DNA from: Candidatus Riflebacteria bacterium HGW-Riflebacteria-1
GTDB lineage: Bacteria > Muiribacteriota > Ozemobacteria > Ozemobacterales > Ozemobacteraceae
Assembly: GCA_002839445.1 (NCBI GenBank)
Contig: PGYB01000007.1
Location: 110,558 to 174,557 of the forward strand
Length of the DNA: 64,000 nt
Direction: 5' to 3'
Shown here: positions 54,809 through 64,000 of the stretch, one piece after another
How positions within the stretch are numbered: position 1 is the stretch's first letter
Layout of the letters: the number at the start of each line of letters is the position of its first letter
Notes under the pieces: generated by a model
Told to the model about the DNA's origin: nothing
The model's database searches: none
The model's input: the letters and a program-made list of their open reading frames with translations, nothing else
Position numbers and translations under genes: made by a program

Positions 54809-56608
54809 TTATTTGCCGCGCAGCTTGTCGCGTTTGTATGCAGCCTCTGAAGCCGTATAAAAACCAAGCCGGCGCATTGTGGCAACACATTTTAATGCTT
54901 CCTCTGTTCTGCCGCGTTCGGCGTAAAAATCCAGCAGCCCTTCGTTGATTTTTCGATCTTTTTTAAACTCTTTGCGAGTCAGAAGAACATAAAAGGCGAC
55001 TTCTTTAAGACGGTCATGCTCGCCGTTAAAAGCAAGGTTTAACAGGTTGTCGTCAGCAGTTCGCGAATCTTTGAAAGGCAGAGCCATGAAGGCGATGTTC
55101 ATCATGTCACTGTCGCCAGCAGTCGGAGTTTTTGACGACAGAGCTTCCCGCGTGACCCGCGAGTTCCTATTGCGGTCAAGACGATAAACTTTGATGTTGG
55201 TACTGAGTTTCCAGCCAAACAGCGTGTAGTTATCGAGTTCAAGACGATGTTTCAAATCTTTCTCGATCAACTTCTTATTGTAGGCCGTGGTTGGGTTAAT
55301 CTTGTTGTATTCTCTGAACCAGTGCAGGGCCTGGTCGTAATAACCACGCTCCTTATAATAGTCCATCAGGCCTTGAATCGCCACCGGATCTTTTTTGTTG
55401 ATGCTGAGCATCGTATAGTAAGTATCCTCAATGTCGGCATCGGTATTTTGCGATTCTTTCAGCTTGTTCTCAAGTTTGTGCGTTTCCAGTTTTTTCATCT
55501 CTTTCTCGATCTCTTCTATTTCCAAACGCGCCTGATCACCATATTTGGGGTCGCGACGCAGCATGTCGAGAAAATTCCTGGCGTTATCAAAATCTTCGTT
55601 CTTAATGTAGATTTCGGCAGAGCGCATGATGCCTTCAGAAAAGTTCTTGTTTGTGTTGTATGCCTGCAGATAAGCTTTAATTGCCTCTTCGTCCTTTCCG
55701 GTGTCTTCATAAAGCCGTGCCAGCTCAAAATAGCCGGTCGCAGGATCGGCGTTTTTGCGGATTTCTTTTTTGTATTCCGCTATCGCCGACTCGATTTTGC
55801 CGCTCTTATCAAGATTGCGCGCGAGATCGTAACCGATGAGTTCCTTGATTTCCGGGACTCCTCGTCCGAGCTTGCGGGCCAGCTCATAATGTTCAGCCGC
55901 CTTGTCAGAATATTTTGCACTTTCATAGGCTTTGGCCAACAGCCAGTGCGTTTCTGCATGCTTCTGGTCAAACAACAGTGCCTGCTCGAGAACTTCGATG
56001 GCTTCCTTTGTTGAACCTAGATCTATCATTACCGAACCAAGTCCACGAAGGATCTCTGGGTTGTCGGGCAGCACCTGGCGCGCCTTATATAGCATATCGT
56101 GTGCTTCCTTGAGATTGCCATTCTCAAACTCGGCCATGCCAAGCCGCGCCAATGCCTTGCCGTTGCCTGGTTCAAGCGCCAGGGCACTTTCATAGTGCTC
56201 TATCGCATCATCTGATTTATTGCGCGCGTCAAGCAATTCACCCATGCGCACATGAATATCCGCCGATTTCGGGAAACCGAGCAGCGCAGTCTCGAAGTGG
56301 CGCAGGGCCTGGGCGGGCGAACCTTCCTGCGAAATCATTATGCCAAGATAATAATGCGCCATGAATTCTTCAGGAGCCTTGCGGGCAATGGCTCTGAGCG
56401 ACTTGATGACCTCAGCCTTCTCTTTTTTGTTGCCAACCTGGAAATCGCGCCAGGCTTTGTCGTAAACCGCTTCCGAAATCTGTAGCGGCTCTTTTGCCAG
56501 TGGTATTTTCTTTTTGCGAACGACCGCCGACAGGTCTTGAGTCGGTATAATGCAGCAGAGCGCGATGCATGCGAACAGCAATTTCCAAAGTCTGGTCCGT
56601 GTTTTCAT
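54809..56608 (-). CDS. Secreted TPR-repeat protein
   Basis: AAGGAG Shine-Dalgarno then ATG at 56606-56608. Signal peptide MKTRTRLWKLLFACIALCCIIPT. Many TPR units. Confidence 0.7.
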   Translation of the reverse strand: MKTRTRLWKLLFACIALCCIIPTQDLSAVVRKKKIPLAKEPLQISEAVYDKAWRDFQVGNKKEKAEVIKSLRAIARKAPEEFMAHYYLGIMISQEGSPAQALRHFETALLGFPKSADIHVRMGELLDARNKSDDAIEHYESALALEPGNGKALARLGMAEFENGNLKEAHDMLYKARQVLPDNPEILRGLGSVMIDLGSTKEAIEVLEQALLFDQKHAETHWLLAKAYESAKYSDKAAEHYELARKLGRGVPEIKELIGYDLARNLDKSGKIESAIAEYKKEIRKNADPATGYFELARLYEDTGKDEEAIKAYLQAYNTNKNFSEGIMRSAEIYIKNEDFDNARNFLDMLRRDPKYGDQARLEIEEIEKEMKKLETHKLENKLKESQNTDADIEDTYYTMLSINKKDPVAIQGLMDYYKERGYYDQALHWFREYNKINPTTAYNKKLIEKDLKHRLELDNYTLFGWKLSTNIKVYRLDRNRNSRVTREALSSKTPTAGDSDMMNIAFMALPFKDSRTADDNLLNLAFNGEHDRLKEVAFYVLLTRKEFKKDRKINEGLLDFYAERGRTEEALKCVATMRRLGFYTASEAAYKRDKLRGK

Positions 56609-56712
56609 AAGCTCTCCTTCAGCTGTCATGGCATATAAAACCGGCAAATTACAAATGCCGGCAATGCCAGAACAAGTATTCGCAGATATTCAGGCTACAG
56701 GCTAAAAGTTAA

Positions 56713-56745
56713 CACGCCTTTCCTGCGAATGCAAAGAAAGGCGTG
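56713..56745 (-). terminator. Probable rho-independent terminator (10-bp perfect stem)
   Basis: CACGCCTTTC...GAAAGGCGTG, 20 nt after the stop of 56766..57218. There is a T-rich tract on the minus strand. Confidence 0.5.
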
Positions 56746-56765
56746 AAAAAGAGGCAAAGAATTGA

Positions 56766-57218
56766 TTAGAGTACGGCCGGCCCCTTTATCAGGACCATCA
56801 TGCCTGAAATCACCGAATAGAGAGCAACAACGAGGCTGAAGTAAAACAGATAAAAGTGGAAACGCCTGAGGTTCTCCTGCGCTTTCTGCTTGATTGGCCG
56901 CTTAACCGACTTGCCGACAAAGATGTTGGCTATCAGCAGACCAAGAAATATCGCGCCGGCAAAACCATGCCCGTAGGTGCGCAGAAAGATTTCCTTAACC
57001 TGCAGAAACTTTACCAGACCGATAATGCCACCCAGCAGGCCGACAAATACCAGCGCGGTGATAAGCGTGCCGAGTTTCTGGTGCTGTTGCATCAGAAGGG
57101 CGTGCTGATCAGCTTCTGGAGACTTGAGGTTGACGGCGAGGGCCTTTTTGCCGAGGCGGTGAATGTGAATCACTGCGGCAAACAGAACCAGCATGAACAG
57201 CGGGTGAAGATACTGCAT
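56766..57218 (-). CDS. Small integral membrane protein (4 TM) of unknown function
   Basis: Four hydrophobic helices. No recognisable motif. Confidence 0.45.
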   Translation of the reverse strand: MQYLHPLFMLVLFAAVIHIHRLGKKALAVNLKSPEADQHALLMQQHQKLGTLITALVFVGLLGGIIGLVKFLQVKEIFLRTYGHGFAGAIFLGLLIANIFVGKSVKRPIKQKAQENLRRFHFYLFYFSLVVALYSVISGMMVLIKGPAVL

Positions 57219-57235
57219 AGCTTTTACTTCCTGCC

Positions 57236-59245
57236 TTAGAGTTTAAATTTACCGATGTCGAAATCATCGAGATCGAATGGGTCTTTGGCTGGTTTTTTCT
57301 GGCCGGCTTTGGGCTTTTCTTCGACCGGGCTGTCGAGATCAATAATATTGTCGATGTTGAACGGGTTGTCGTCTACTGGTGCTGCCGGTTTGACGGCACC
57401 CGGTTTTTTGCCGCCGGGCGCTGGCCTGGCTGGTGGCGGAGCCGGCTGGTCATCGCTCGGAAACACTTCTAATACGTCGAGGTCAAGATCAAGGCTGGCA
57501 AACGGGTCTTTGCCGCCTTCGCCAACGCTACCGCCGCCAAGACCGAGGTCAGAATCAGAAAACAGTGCGGCAAAAGGATCTTTGCTTTCTTTTCCAGCTG
57601 GTGCCTTTGTTCGCATGGGCGGAAGCGGGGTGTCGTCATCTTCTGCAAGACCAGAACCTTCATCTGCCGGTCTCATTGGCGGCAATGGCGTATCATCAAG
57701 TCCGGCAAAAGGATCAGGTTCAGCAACCGGTGCTGCCGGTTTTGCTGCTGGCCTGGGCCGTGCTGGCGGTGCAGCTGGCGCTTTTGGCTTCATTGGTGGC
57801 AGCAGGTCGGCAAATTCTTCAAGGATCGGATCGGGAGTGGCTGCCGCCGGTTTCATTGGCGGAAGAAGGTCTTCGATTTCTTCTGCAGAGGAGTCGGGCA
57901 TAGCGGGCCCATCTGGCGTGGTAAAATCATCGAGCGAGGACAGGTTGAGATCAGGAACCGTTTCGTCAACCTGAGATCCTGATCTTTTGCCGGTAAGGCT
58001 GAAGTCATCAGATTCATTCTGATCTGATGAAGAGTCGCTGTCAGACTGGCTTAAATTGTCAATCAACGAGCCAAAAAGATCGTCGGTAACATTATCAGAT
58101 TTCATGAAATCTGGTTTGGGCACAGCATGCGCTGCTGGTGCAGCCGGCTTTGTCGGAGGCTCGAGGCCGACATTCAGATTGAGATTGTCTAAATTGAAAT
58201 CATTGTTGGCATCAGGCTGTTTGTTAACTGGCGGTTGACTGACAACCGGCGCTGGTTTGCTGGCCGGAGCAACTGGCGGCTTCGCCGCTGGTGCGGGTGT
58301 AACTGGTTTGTGCGCTGCGGCGGCTGGTGCCGGTGCGTGTGGCTTGGCAGCTGGCGTCGGAGCATGAGCCGGCGCCGAAACGGGGGCTTGGGCTGGTACT
58401 GGTTTTGCAGCTGGTGCTGCGGGGGGGGGCGACATGGCGGGGTTGGCAGCTGGTGCAGCCGGAACTGCTGGTGCAACTGGCTTTGTCGGTGCCATGGGCG
58501 CTGTTGTGGCTGGATTAACCGGAGCAGGCGACACAGCCGGTCTGGCTGTGGCTGGTGACGAACCTGGTGCTACCGGGGGCGTTTTAATTGCTGGTGCCGC
58601 CGGACCCGCTGGAACTGCTGGTATGGCATCAGGTCTGGCTGGAGAAATAACTGGTGCTACAGGCTTTCCGGTTGCGGGTGCCTGGAAGGCAGGTTTAGCA
58701 TGTGTGGGCGGGGCAAAAGGTGCGGCGGGCATTGATACTGGCGTGGGTATGCTGCCTGGAGCCGGCGTGAAGGCAGGCTTTTTCTTTAAGATGGGTTTAA
58801 CTGGCATAGACGGCCGGCGCGGGCGTGCAGAACCCTTTGCCGATGCGGCCAGCGGTTTCCCGCAGCAGGGGCAGAATCTGATGACCATATCGCATTCGTC
58901 GCAGTAGAGGCCGTCGCCACTGGCTGCGCTGCCGCCAGCAGACGAATTCTGCGATACCGACGGCGATATTGATGATTCCCAGACGCCGCTGTCGTTTTTT
59001 GACCAGCCTGCGAGTTCAAAGACTACTTCCTTGACGCCAGTGATCTGCCTGAGACTGGATTCGATGAATTTCAGCTCTATCGCGGTTTCATCGGTGGTCT
59101 TTTCGCTGCCGACGAACGCAAGCTCACCTTGCAGGGTTACGGCCCCGGCCTTAACAGGAAACTTTATTTTGCTAAGATCGATTCGTCGACCAGCCAGCTC
59201 GCGTCTGACGGCAGCACCGATCCCAAGGTCAGTCGCTTCCCTCAA
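57236..59245 (-). CDS. BON-domain protein with C4 zinc ribbon, long Pro/Ala-rich region and acidic C-terminus
   Basis: TTG start 6 nt after a GGAGG Shine-Dalgarno. BON-like RRIDLSKIKFPVKAGAVTLQGELAFVGS...ITGVKEVVFEL. CDECDMVIRFCPCCG. Then about 400 aa of P/A/K low complexity, ending DPFDLDDFDIGKFKL. Confidence 0.5.
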   Translation of the reverse strand: MREATDLGIGAAVRRELAGRRIDLSKIKFPVKAGAVTLQGELAFVGSEKTTDETAIELKFIESSLRQITGVKEVVFELAGWSKNDSGVWESSISPSVSQNSSAGGSAASGDGLYCDECDMVIRFCPCCGKPLAASAKGSARPRRPSMPVKPILKKKPAFTPAPGSIPTPVSMPAAPFAPPTHAKPAFQAPATGKPVAPVISPARPDAIPAVPAGPAAPAIKTPPVAPGSSPATARPAVSPAPVNPATTAPMAPTKPVAPAVPAAPAANPAMSPPPAAPAAKPVPAQAPVSAPAHAPTPAAKPHAPAPAAAAHKPVTPAPAAKPPVAPASKPAPVVSQPPVNKQPDANNDFNLDNLNLNVGLEPPTKPAAPAAHAVPKPDFMKSDNVTDDLFGSLIDNLSQSDSDSSSDQNESDDFSLTGKRSGSQVDETVPDLNLSSLDDFTTPDGPAMPDSSAEEIEDLLPPMKPAAATPDPILEEFADLLPPMKPKAPAAPPARPRPAAKPAAPVAEPDPFAGLDDTPLPPMRPADEGSGLAEDDDTPLPPMRTKAPAGKESKDPFAALFSDSDLGLGGGSVGEGGKDPFASLDLDLDVLEVFPSDDQPAPPPARPAPGGKKPGAVKPAAPVDDNPFNIDNIIDLDSPVEEKPKAGQKKPAKDPFDLDDFDIGKFKL

Positions 59246-59384
59246 TTTTGGCCTCCAGTTCTCAAGTCAGTTGAAGATAAAGTCAATTGTGGCAAATCCC
59301 TGATCTGCACAATTCAATTTATAAATCGGCAAGCTGGCAGAGTTTCCTTAATCTTATCTGCAAAAGGTTTTATGCCTGCAGAAA

Positions 59385-60320
59385 TTATAGCGCAAATGCC
59401 GCCAGAAATTCAGCAACATTTGCAAAAATTGCCGCTCGTGCCGCAGGTTCGGCAAGATCGTATATCGGCGGCCCCGGGCGCCGGCGAAACCAGGTTTCCT
59501 GGCGCTTCGCATACTGCCGGGTATGAATTATCACCGCTTCGCACACTTCGGCAAGACTGATCTTTTCGTCAAAAAAATCAAACCATTCGCTGTAACCGAT
59601 CGAGTTGAGCCCGGGCGCCTGCCGCCCGTAGCGCTTGACAAGGCCGCGCACTTCGCTCTCAAGGCCGTCTTCTAGCATCTTCTCAACGCGACAGCTGATA
59701 TTGTCGTGAAGCAGCGCTCTTGGCCTGGTCACCACCACCGGCATAAAGGCAGCCTCCGGCAGCGGCGAAACTCTGATGTTCTCGGCCAGTGGTCGCCCTG
59801 TCGTCGTGACGATCTCGATCGCGCGCAAAACCCGCCGCGCATTATTCACATCAATCTGGCTGGAAGCAGCGGGGTCGAGAGTCTGCAACCGCTCCAGCAT
59901 GGCTGCCAGACCGATTTTCTCAAGTTCGTTGCGCAGCTGTTCAGCAAGTTTCTGGTCGTTTCCGGCTGGCCCGAGACCCTGCTCAAGCGTATCGTAGTAG
60001 AAGCCGGTGCCGCCAGCCAATAGCGGCACCCTGCCACGTTGCCAGATGTCGCGGATTTTTGTGGTAGCCATCTCTGCGTAATCGGCTGCGCTGAAACTGC
60101 GGTCAGGCAAAACAATGCTGAACAGGTGATGTGGCGCCCACCTCATTTCGTCTGCTGTCGGGTGCGCTGTGCCAATGCTCATTTCACGATAGATCTGGCG
60201 TGAATCGCAGTTTACAATTTCGCAGCCATGCCGTTCGGCCAGTTCCAGCGCCAGAGATGTCTTTCCGGAAGCGGTCGGGCCAAGAACTGCCAGAATCGGC
60301 TTTTTCTGCTGTTCGCTCAT
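59385..60320 (-). CDS. miaA: tRNA dimethylallyltransferase
   Basis: P-loop ILAVLGPTASGKTSLAL. The remaining motifs match MiaA. 311 aa. Confidence 0.93.
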   Translation of the reverse strand: MSEQQKKPILAVLGPTASGKTSLALELAERHGCEIVNCDSRQIYREMSIGTAHPTADEMRWAPHHLFSIVLPDRSFSAADYAEMATTKIRDIWQRGRVPLLAGGTGFYYDTLEQGLGPAGNDQKLAEQLRNELEKIGLAAMLERLQTLDPAASSQIDVNNARRVLRAIEIVTTTGRPLAENIRVSPLPEAAFMPVVVTRPRALLHDNISCRVEKMLEDGLESEVRGLVKRYGRQAPGLNSIGYSEWFDFFDEKISLAEVCEAVIIHTRQYAKRQETWFRRRPGPPIYDLAEPAARAAIFANVAEFLAAFAL

Positions 60321-60322
60321 TT

Positions 60323-62188
60323 TCAGGTGCGCAGAAATCCGGTTTCAATCTGCCGGGTGGTCAGCCTGATCACGATAGGCCGGCCATGCGGGCAGGTAAA
60401 CGGGTTTTCGGTTTTGAGCAGCTGTTCAAGCAGGCTGTTCCACTCTGATTCGTCAAGCGGGTTGCCGGCTTTTACCGCAGCTTTACAGGCCATCATCTTG
60501 AGCAGGTCGGTTTTTATCTCGCGTATCGAACGGCTTTCCCAGCCGTTCAGGACCTGTGCCAGCACGTTCTGCAGGCTTTCTTCTTCGTTGCTGTGCTTCT
60601 CGGATACCGGGAAAGCAGTAGCGTAGTACTGTCCGTCTTCTTCCTGTTGAATTGAAAAACCGAGGCCCTTGAGCTCGTCAATGTGGTCTTTGATGACCAT
60701 ACGCTCAGAAGGCAGCAGCTTGAGCGGCACTGGAAAAAGAAGCGGCTGCGCGGTAATCGGGATATCACGGTAAGTGACGGTATACTGGTCGAACAATATT
60801 CGCTCGTGCGCCGCGTGCTGGTCGATGATAAACAGCCCTCTATCGTCTTCGCCGAGCAGGTAAGAATTTTTGAGCTGCGCCAGAATGTGCGGGCGTTCAA
60901 GCTTGGCGACCGGTTCAAATGCTGATGCTGCCTGCGCCGGGCGTGGCCCGAGCCGCTCGGCCTCGAAGTCTTTAATCTCGTAAAGACGCTCATCGCTGTT
61001 CGTTGAAATTCTGACTGGCTGCATGTCAGGTGGTGGCGTGAAAATAGACCCGCCTGCTGAAGTCACTGCTGATGAGGTTGTTGACGAAGCTTGCGCGTAA
61101 TCGTCTTTATCCTGGTAATCTGGTAGATCAGGAGTTGTAAATTCGCTTTTATCGCCTGTTGTGGCTGCTGCGGATACCATGCGCAAGCCTGAAAGGCTGG
61201 CTTGAACCGTTTCCCAGATCGTCGAAAAGACCCAGCGTTCGTCTTTGAATCTGATCTCGGTTTTTTGTGGATGCACGTTGACGTCGATCATTGCCGGTGG
61301 CACACGCAGATCAAGCACCATAACCGGGTAGCGTCCCCGCGGAAAAAACGCCGAAATCGCCTTGTTGATTGCCTGAGTAAGCAATTTGGTCTTTACCACC
61401 CGGCGATTAACCAGTGTCGTCATGTAACGTGCTGCGTTACGCGGCTGGTTCGGCGGTGAGATGAAACCGCGCAGTGACATGCCGCCCTGCGCGATGCTGG
61501 CCGGTTCTTTCAGCGCGATCAGGTCGCGGGTAACTTCGGGTCCGTAAACGGCGAGAATCGCGTCGCTGAGGTTGCCCGAGCCGTTGGTGGCGGCGACCAG
61601 AACGTTGCTGTTGGTGAATTTAAAGGCGATCTCAGGGTAACCCATCATGTAATGACAGACTATATCTGAGATCTGTGACATTTCGGCGGCAGTACTCTTG
61701 AGAAATTTGCGGCGTGCCGGCACGTTGTAAAAAAGATTCTTTATCTGAATGCGCGTGCCGCGCGGGAAAGAATCATTGTCAACACTGGCGACCCTTCCGC
61801 CGTCAATGGTTACGCGGGTTGCGGTCTCTTCGCTGTCATGGCGGGTGATCATCGAAACGCGTGCTACCGAAGCAATTGTTGGCAAGGCTTCTCCGCGAAA
61901 CCCCAGTGAAGCAATATGTTCTAATTCGGCATCATCAACGAGTTTGCTGGTGGCGTGCGGAGTAAAGGCGAGAACCGCGTCGTGATTGGTCATGCCTTCG
62001 CCATTGTCGGTGATCTCGATGAGTTTCTGTCCGCCATCTTTTATCTCGATTTCGATGCGACTGGCGTTGGCGTCAATTGAGTTTTCGATGAGTTCCTTGA
62101 CCACCGAAGCCGGTCGCTCGACGACTTCTCCGGCAGCGATACGGCAGATAATTTCTTCAGAAAGAATCTTGATTTTTCCGGTAGCCAT
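60323..62188 (-). CDS. mutL: DNA mismatch repair protein MutL
   Basis: N-terminal GHKL ATPase motifs (IAAGEVVERPASVVKELIENSIDA, DNGEGM). C-terminal dimerisation domain. 621 aa. Confidence 0.95.
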   Translation of the reverse strand: MATGKIKILSEEIICRIAAGEVVERPASVVKELIENSIDANASRIEIEIKDGGQKLIEITDNGEGMTNHDAVLAFTPHATSKLVDDAELEHIASLGFRGEALPTIASVARVSMITRHDSEETATRVTIDGGRVASVDNDSFPRGTRIQIKNLFYNVPARRKFLKSTAAEMSQISDIVCHYMMGYPEIAFKFTNSNVLVAATNGSGNLSDAILAVYGPEVTRDLIALKEPASIAQGGMSLRGFISPPNQPRNAARYMTTLVNRRVVKTKLLTQAINKAISAFFPRGRYPVMVLDLRVPPAMIDVNVHPQKTEIRFKDERWVFSTIWETVQASLSGLRMVSAAATTGDKSEFTTPDLPDYQDKDDYAQASSTTSSAVTSAGGSIFTPPPDMQPVRISTNSDERLYEIKDFEAERLGPRPAQAASAFEPVAKLERPHILAQLKNSYLLGEDDRGLFIIDQHAAHERILFDQYTVTYRDIPITAQPLLFPVPLKLLPSERMVIKDHIDELKGLGFSIQQEEDGQYYATAFPVSEKHSNEEESLQNVLAQVLNGWESRSIREIKTDLLKMMACKAAVKAGNPLDESEWNSLLEQLLKTENPFTCPHGRPIVIRLTTRQIETGFLRT

Positions 62189-62196
62189 GTTGTCTC

Positions 62197-63207
62197 CTAA
62201 AAGTTGTAAGGGGCGCCCATTTCCCAGTTGGCCACGGCATTGACCAGCATGCTGTCTGCCGGTGCCAGGTGCGCGGTAAAGTAACCGTGCGCAGCGATCA
62301 TCGCAGCATTATCAGTGCACAGATGCAATGTTGGCAGCAGTAATTCAGCCTGGTATCTTTTTGCGAGTTTCTGCATGCTGTCACGCAAAACTGAGTTCGC
62401 AGCCACTCCGCCCGCCAGAATCAGTCGGCGCGCTCCCGTCTCTTTGAGTGCCAGGCCGACTTTTTCGACAAAAGTTTCGCTGACCGCGTATTGCAGGCTG
62501 GCGCAGAGATCAGGCAGGTCGAGATTGTCGCCTTCGTGGGCAACAATGCGCATTACTGCAGTTTTAAGGCCGCTGAAACTGAATGTGTAACCTTTGCCGG
62601 CCATCGGGCGCGGCAGCTGATAGCGTTTGTTGTTGCCGGTTTCACCGGTTTTCTGAACGATCGGGCCACCCGGATAACCGAGCTTGAGATGACGCGCTAC
62701 CTTGTCGAACAACTCTCCGGGAGCGTCATCGACGGTCTGGCCCAGCACGCGGTATTGACGTGGGCCTTCTGCCAGAACGAGATTGGCATGACCGCCTGAA
62801 ACGATCAGGCCAAGATACGGGTATTCTGGCGCGCGACCGGCCGCGAGAAACGAGGCGGTCAGATGTGCTTCGATGTGATTTACGGGAATCAGAGGCTTGC
62901 CGGTATACCAGGCCAGCGCTTTGGCTGTGCTCAAGCCGACCAGCAGTGGACCGAGCAATCCCGGGCCTGAAGTTACCGCAATCTGTCCGATTTCTTCGAG
63001 TTTAACGTCGGCAGCGTCAAGACATTCGCGCAGAAGCGGCAGTATTGCTTCGAGATGCTTTCTTGACGCGACTTCTGGCACGACGCCGCCAAAACGACGG
63101 TGAATCTCAATCTGTGATGAAACCAGGCTGCTGATGACCCTGGTGCCGTTTTCGACCAGGGCGATTGAGGTGTCGTCGCACGAAGATTCTATGCCGATAG
63201 TTATCAT
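62197..63207 (-). CDS. tsaD: tRNA N6-adenosine threonylcarbamoyltransferase
   Basis: MITIGIESSCDDTSIALV, HIEAHL and VSGGHANL are Kae1/TsaD family motifs. Confidence 0.95.
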   Translation of the reverse strand: MITIGIESSCDDTSIALVENGTRVISSLVSSQIEIHRRFGGVVPEVASRKHLEAILPLLRECLDAADVKLEEIGQIAVTSGPGLLGPLLVGLSTAKALAWYTGKPLIPVNHIEAHLTASFLAAGRAPEYPYLGLIVSGGHANLVLAEGPRQYRVLGQTVDDAPGELFDKVARHLKLGYPGGPIVQKTGETGNNKRYQLPRPMAGKGYTFSFSGLKTAVMRIVAHEGDNLDLPDLCASLQYAVSETFVEKVGLALKETGARRLILAGGVAANSVLRDSMQKLAKRYQAELLLPTLHLCTDNAAMIAAHGYFTAHLAPADSMLVNAVANWEMGAPYNF

Positions 63208-63833
63208 TTCTGTTCCTCAAGTTTGCGCTCGGCCTGCGATGGAATAACATACATGGGCAGCACGCCGAGAATGTCGTCAAAATTACTTGTCGCCACCCGG
63301 TTAAGCAGAAGGCTGTGCAGCGCTTCTGAAGATGGGTCGACCCGGCTCATGCCAGGCAGGTCGCATTTTATGCTCAACAATTGTGGCCCGCTTACTGAAT
63401 CGCGCTCGCAAAGGGTTGGCTGGTTGTAGTTAAGATCAGGGTCGCCGGCGTTTGCTGAAACGACGAAGGCTTTGTCAATAAGGGTTGGCAGAACCAGAGT
63501 TACCTCGCCGCTTACATTCTGCATCTGCAGAGTTTTTAGTGACCACCTGAACACATCAATGCCGGTTATCGGCTTGCCGCCTATTAACGCCAGAGTTCGG
63601 AAAAAGCCGGCGGCAACACGCAGTCCGGTCAGACTGCCCGGGCCGGTGCAGACAGCCAGCAGGTCGATATCTGCCAGGCTGCAGCCTGCTTCGGCAAGCA
63701 TGCAGTCACAGATTTCGCTTATGCGTGCGCCAATGTTGCGATCGGTGTCGAAGTTGCGCCAGAAAAATCGGTTGTCATCACCATACTGGCTGCCGGTAAG
63801 GTTTTCGGAGGCATCGATAAAGAGATAACGCAT
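63204..63833 (-). CDS. tsaB: tRNA threonylcarbamoyladenosine biosynthesis protein TsaB (YeaZ-like)
   Basis: Inactive Kae1-paralog fold (MRYLFIDAS...LAVCTGPGSLTGLRV). It overlaps the tsaD start. An alternative GTG start lies at 63839. Confidence 0.75.
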   Translation of the reverse strand: MRYLFIDASENLTGSQYGDDNRFFWRNFDTDRNIGARISEICDCMLAEAGCSLADIDLLAVCTGPGSLTGLRVAAGFFRTLALIGGKPITGIDVFRWSLKTLQMQNVSGEVTLVLPTLIDKAFVVSANAGDPDLNYNQPTLCERDSVSGPQLLSIKCDLPGMSRVDPSSEALHSLLLNRVATSNFDDILGVLPMYVIPSQAERKLEEQK

Positions 63834-63835
63834 GG

Positions 63836-64000
63836 TCACGGTTCCTTCCAGGTCCAGCTGATCAGGCGGTCGAGCTCTGATTCAGGGTCGGGCTGTTCGA
63901 TGCATACTTCGAGGTGCGGCAGCTTTTGCAGCTCAGCGACGCGTTCGGCCCATTCCACCAGACAGGGGTTGCCAGTTTGCAGAATTTCAAAAAGCCCGAT
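63836..64000 (-). CDS. tsaE: tRNA threonylcarbamoyladenosine biosynthesis protein TsaE (YjeE-like), C-terminal fragment cut off at the window edge
   Basis: The minus-strand frame reads ...IGLFEILQTGNPCLVEWAERVAELQ...stop. The stop overlaps the tsaB GTG. The call rests on position and a conserved C-terminal pattern only. Confidence 0.5.
   Translation of the reverse strand: MGLFEILQTGNPCLVEWAERVAELQKLPHLEVCIEQPDPESELDRLISWTWKEP

Noticed and set aside
57255-58907. Several long plus-strand ORFs (239, 157, 156 and 107 aa) inside the Pro/Ala-rich region
   Set aside because: They are reverse-frame artefacts of the GC-rich proline-codon repeats of the minus-strand BON/Pro-rich gene. They have Gly/Ala/Arg/Trp low-complexity translations.

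Overview
The window is a 64-kb stretch of a Gram-negative-type bacterial chromosome with about 50-55% GC. It is mostly core and envelope genes, with no obvious prophage, integron, CRISPR array or transposase. Recognisable housekeeping genes are the tig-clpP-clpX operon, mtnP, cinA-thpR, prmA, a hemB-ahb-hemL cluster (siroheme-dependent alternative heme pathway) and a tsaE-tsaB-tsaD-mutL-miaA operon. There are also an LPS-heptose module (GT9 heptosyltransferase, gmhB, Trm112-like, PfkB kinase) and two tRNA clusters (Gly-Leu on the minus strand; Val-Asp-Phe-Cys-Asp on the plus strand). Between these lies a large number of secreted, lipoprotein, TPR and low-complexity proteins of unknown function. 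They include a tightly overlapping operon of three prepilin-like (pseudopilin) genes followed by an 861-aa secreted protein, and a separate GspG-like pseudopilin gene. They also include a 1127-aa AsmA/TamB-like protein immediately followed by a STAS-domain gene, and two paralogous glycine-zipper proteins. Signalling genes are two HD-GYP proteins (one with GAF domains) and a HAMP/degenerate-cyclase/HEAT protein translationally coupled to the GAF-HD-GYP gene. The most unusual items are these. First, a 722-aa or longer tubulin/FtsZ-superfamily GTPase at the window start, cut off by the window edge. Second, two homologous roughly 130-200-bp noncoding repeat elements containing hexamer-periodic SSRs (CGTGCT and CGTAAT type) that flank a two-gene module as direct repeats. 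Third, a perfect (CGTAAT)x9 microsatellite in the promoter region of the GspG-like pseudopilin gene. Fourth, a 5'-nucleotidase-family protein whose metallophosphatase catalytic motifs all appear substituted. Fifth, an NTT-like (ATP:ADP antiporter family) transporter homolog. All calls rest on reading the translated ORFs and DNA motifs by eye. No database search was possible.
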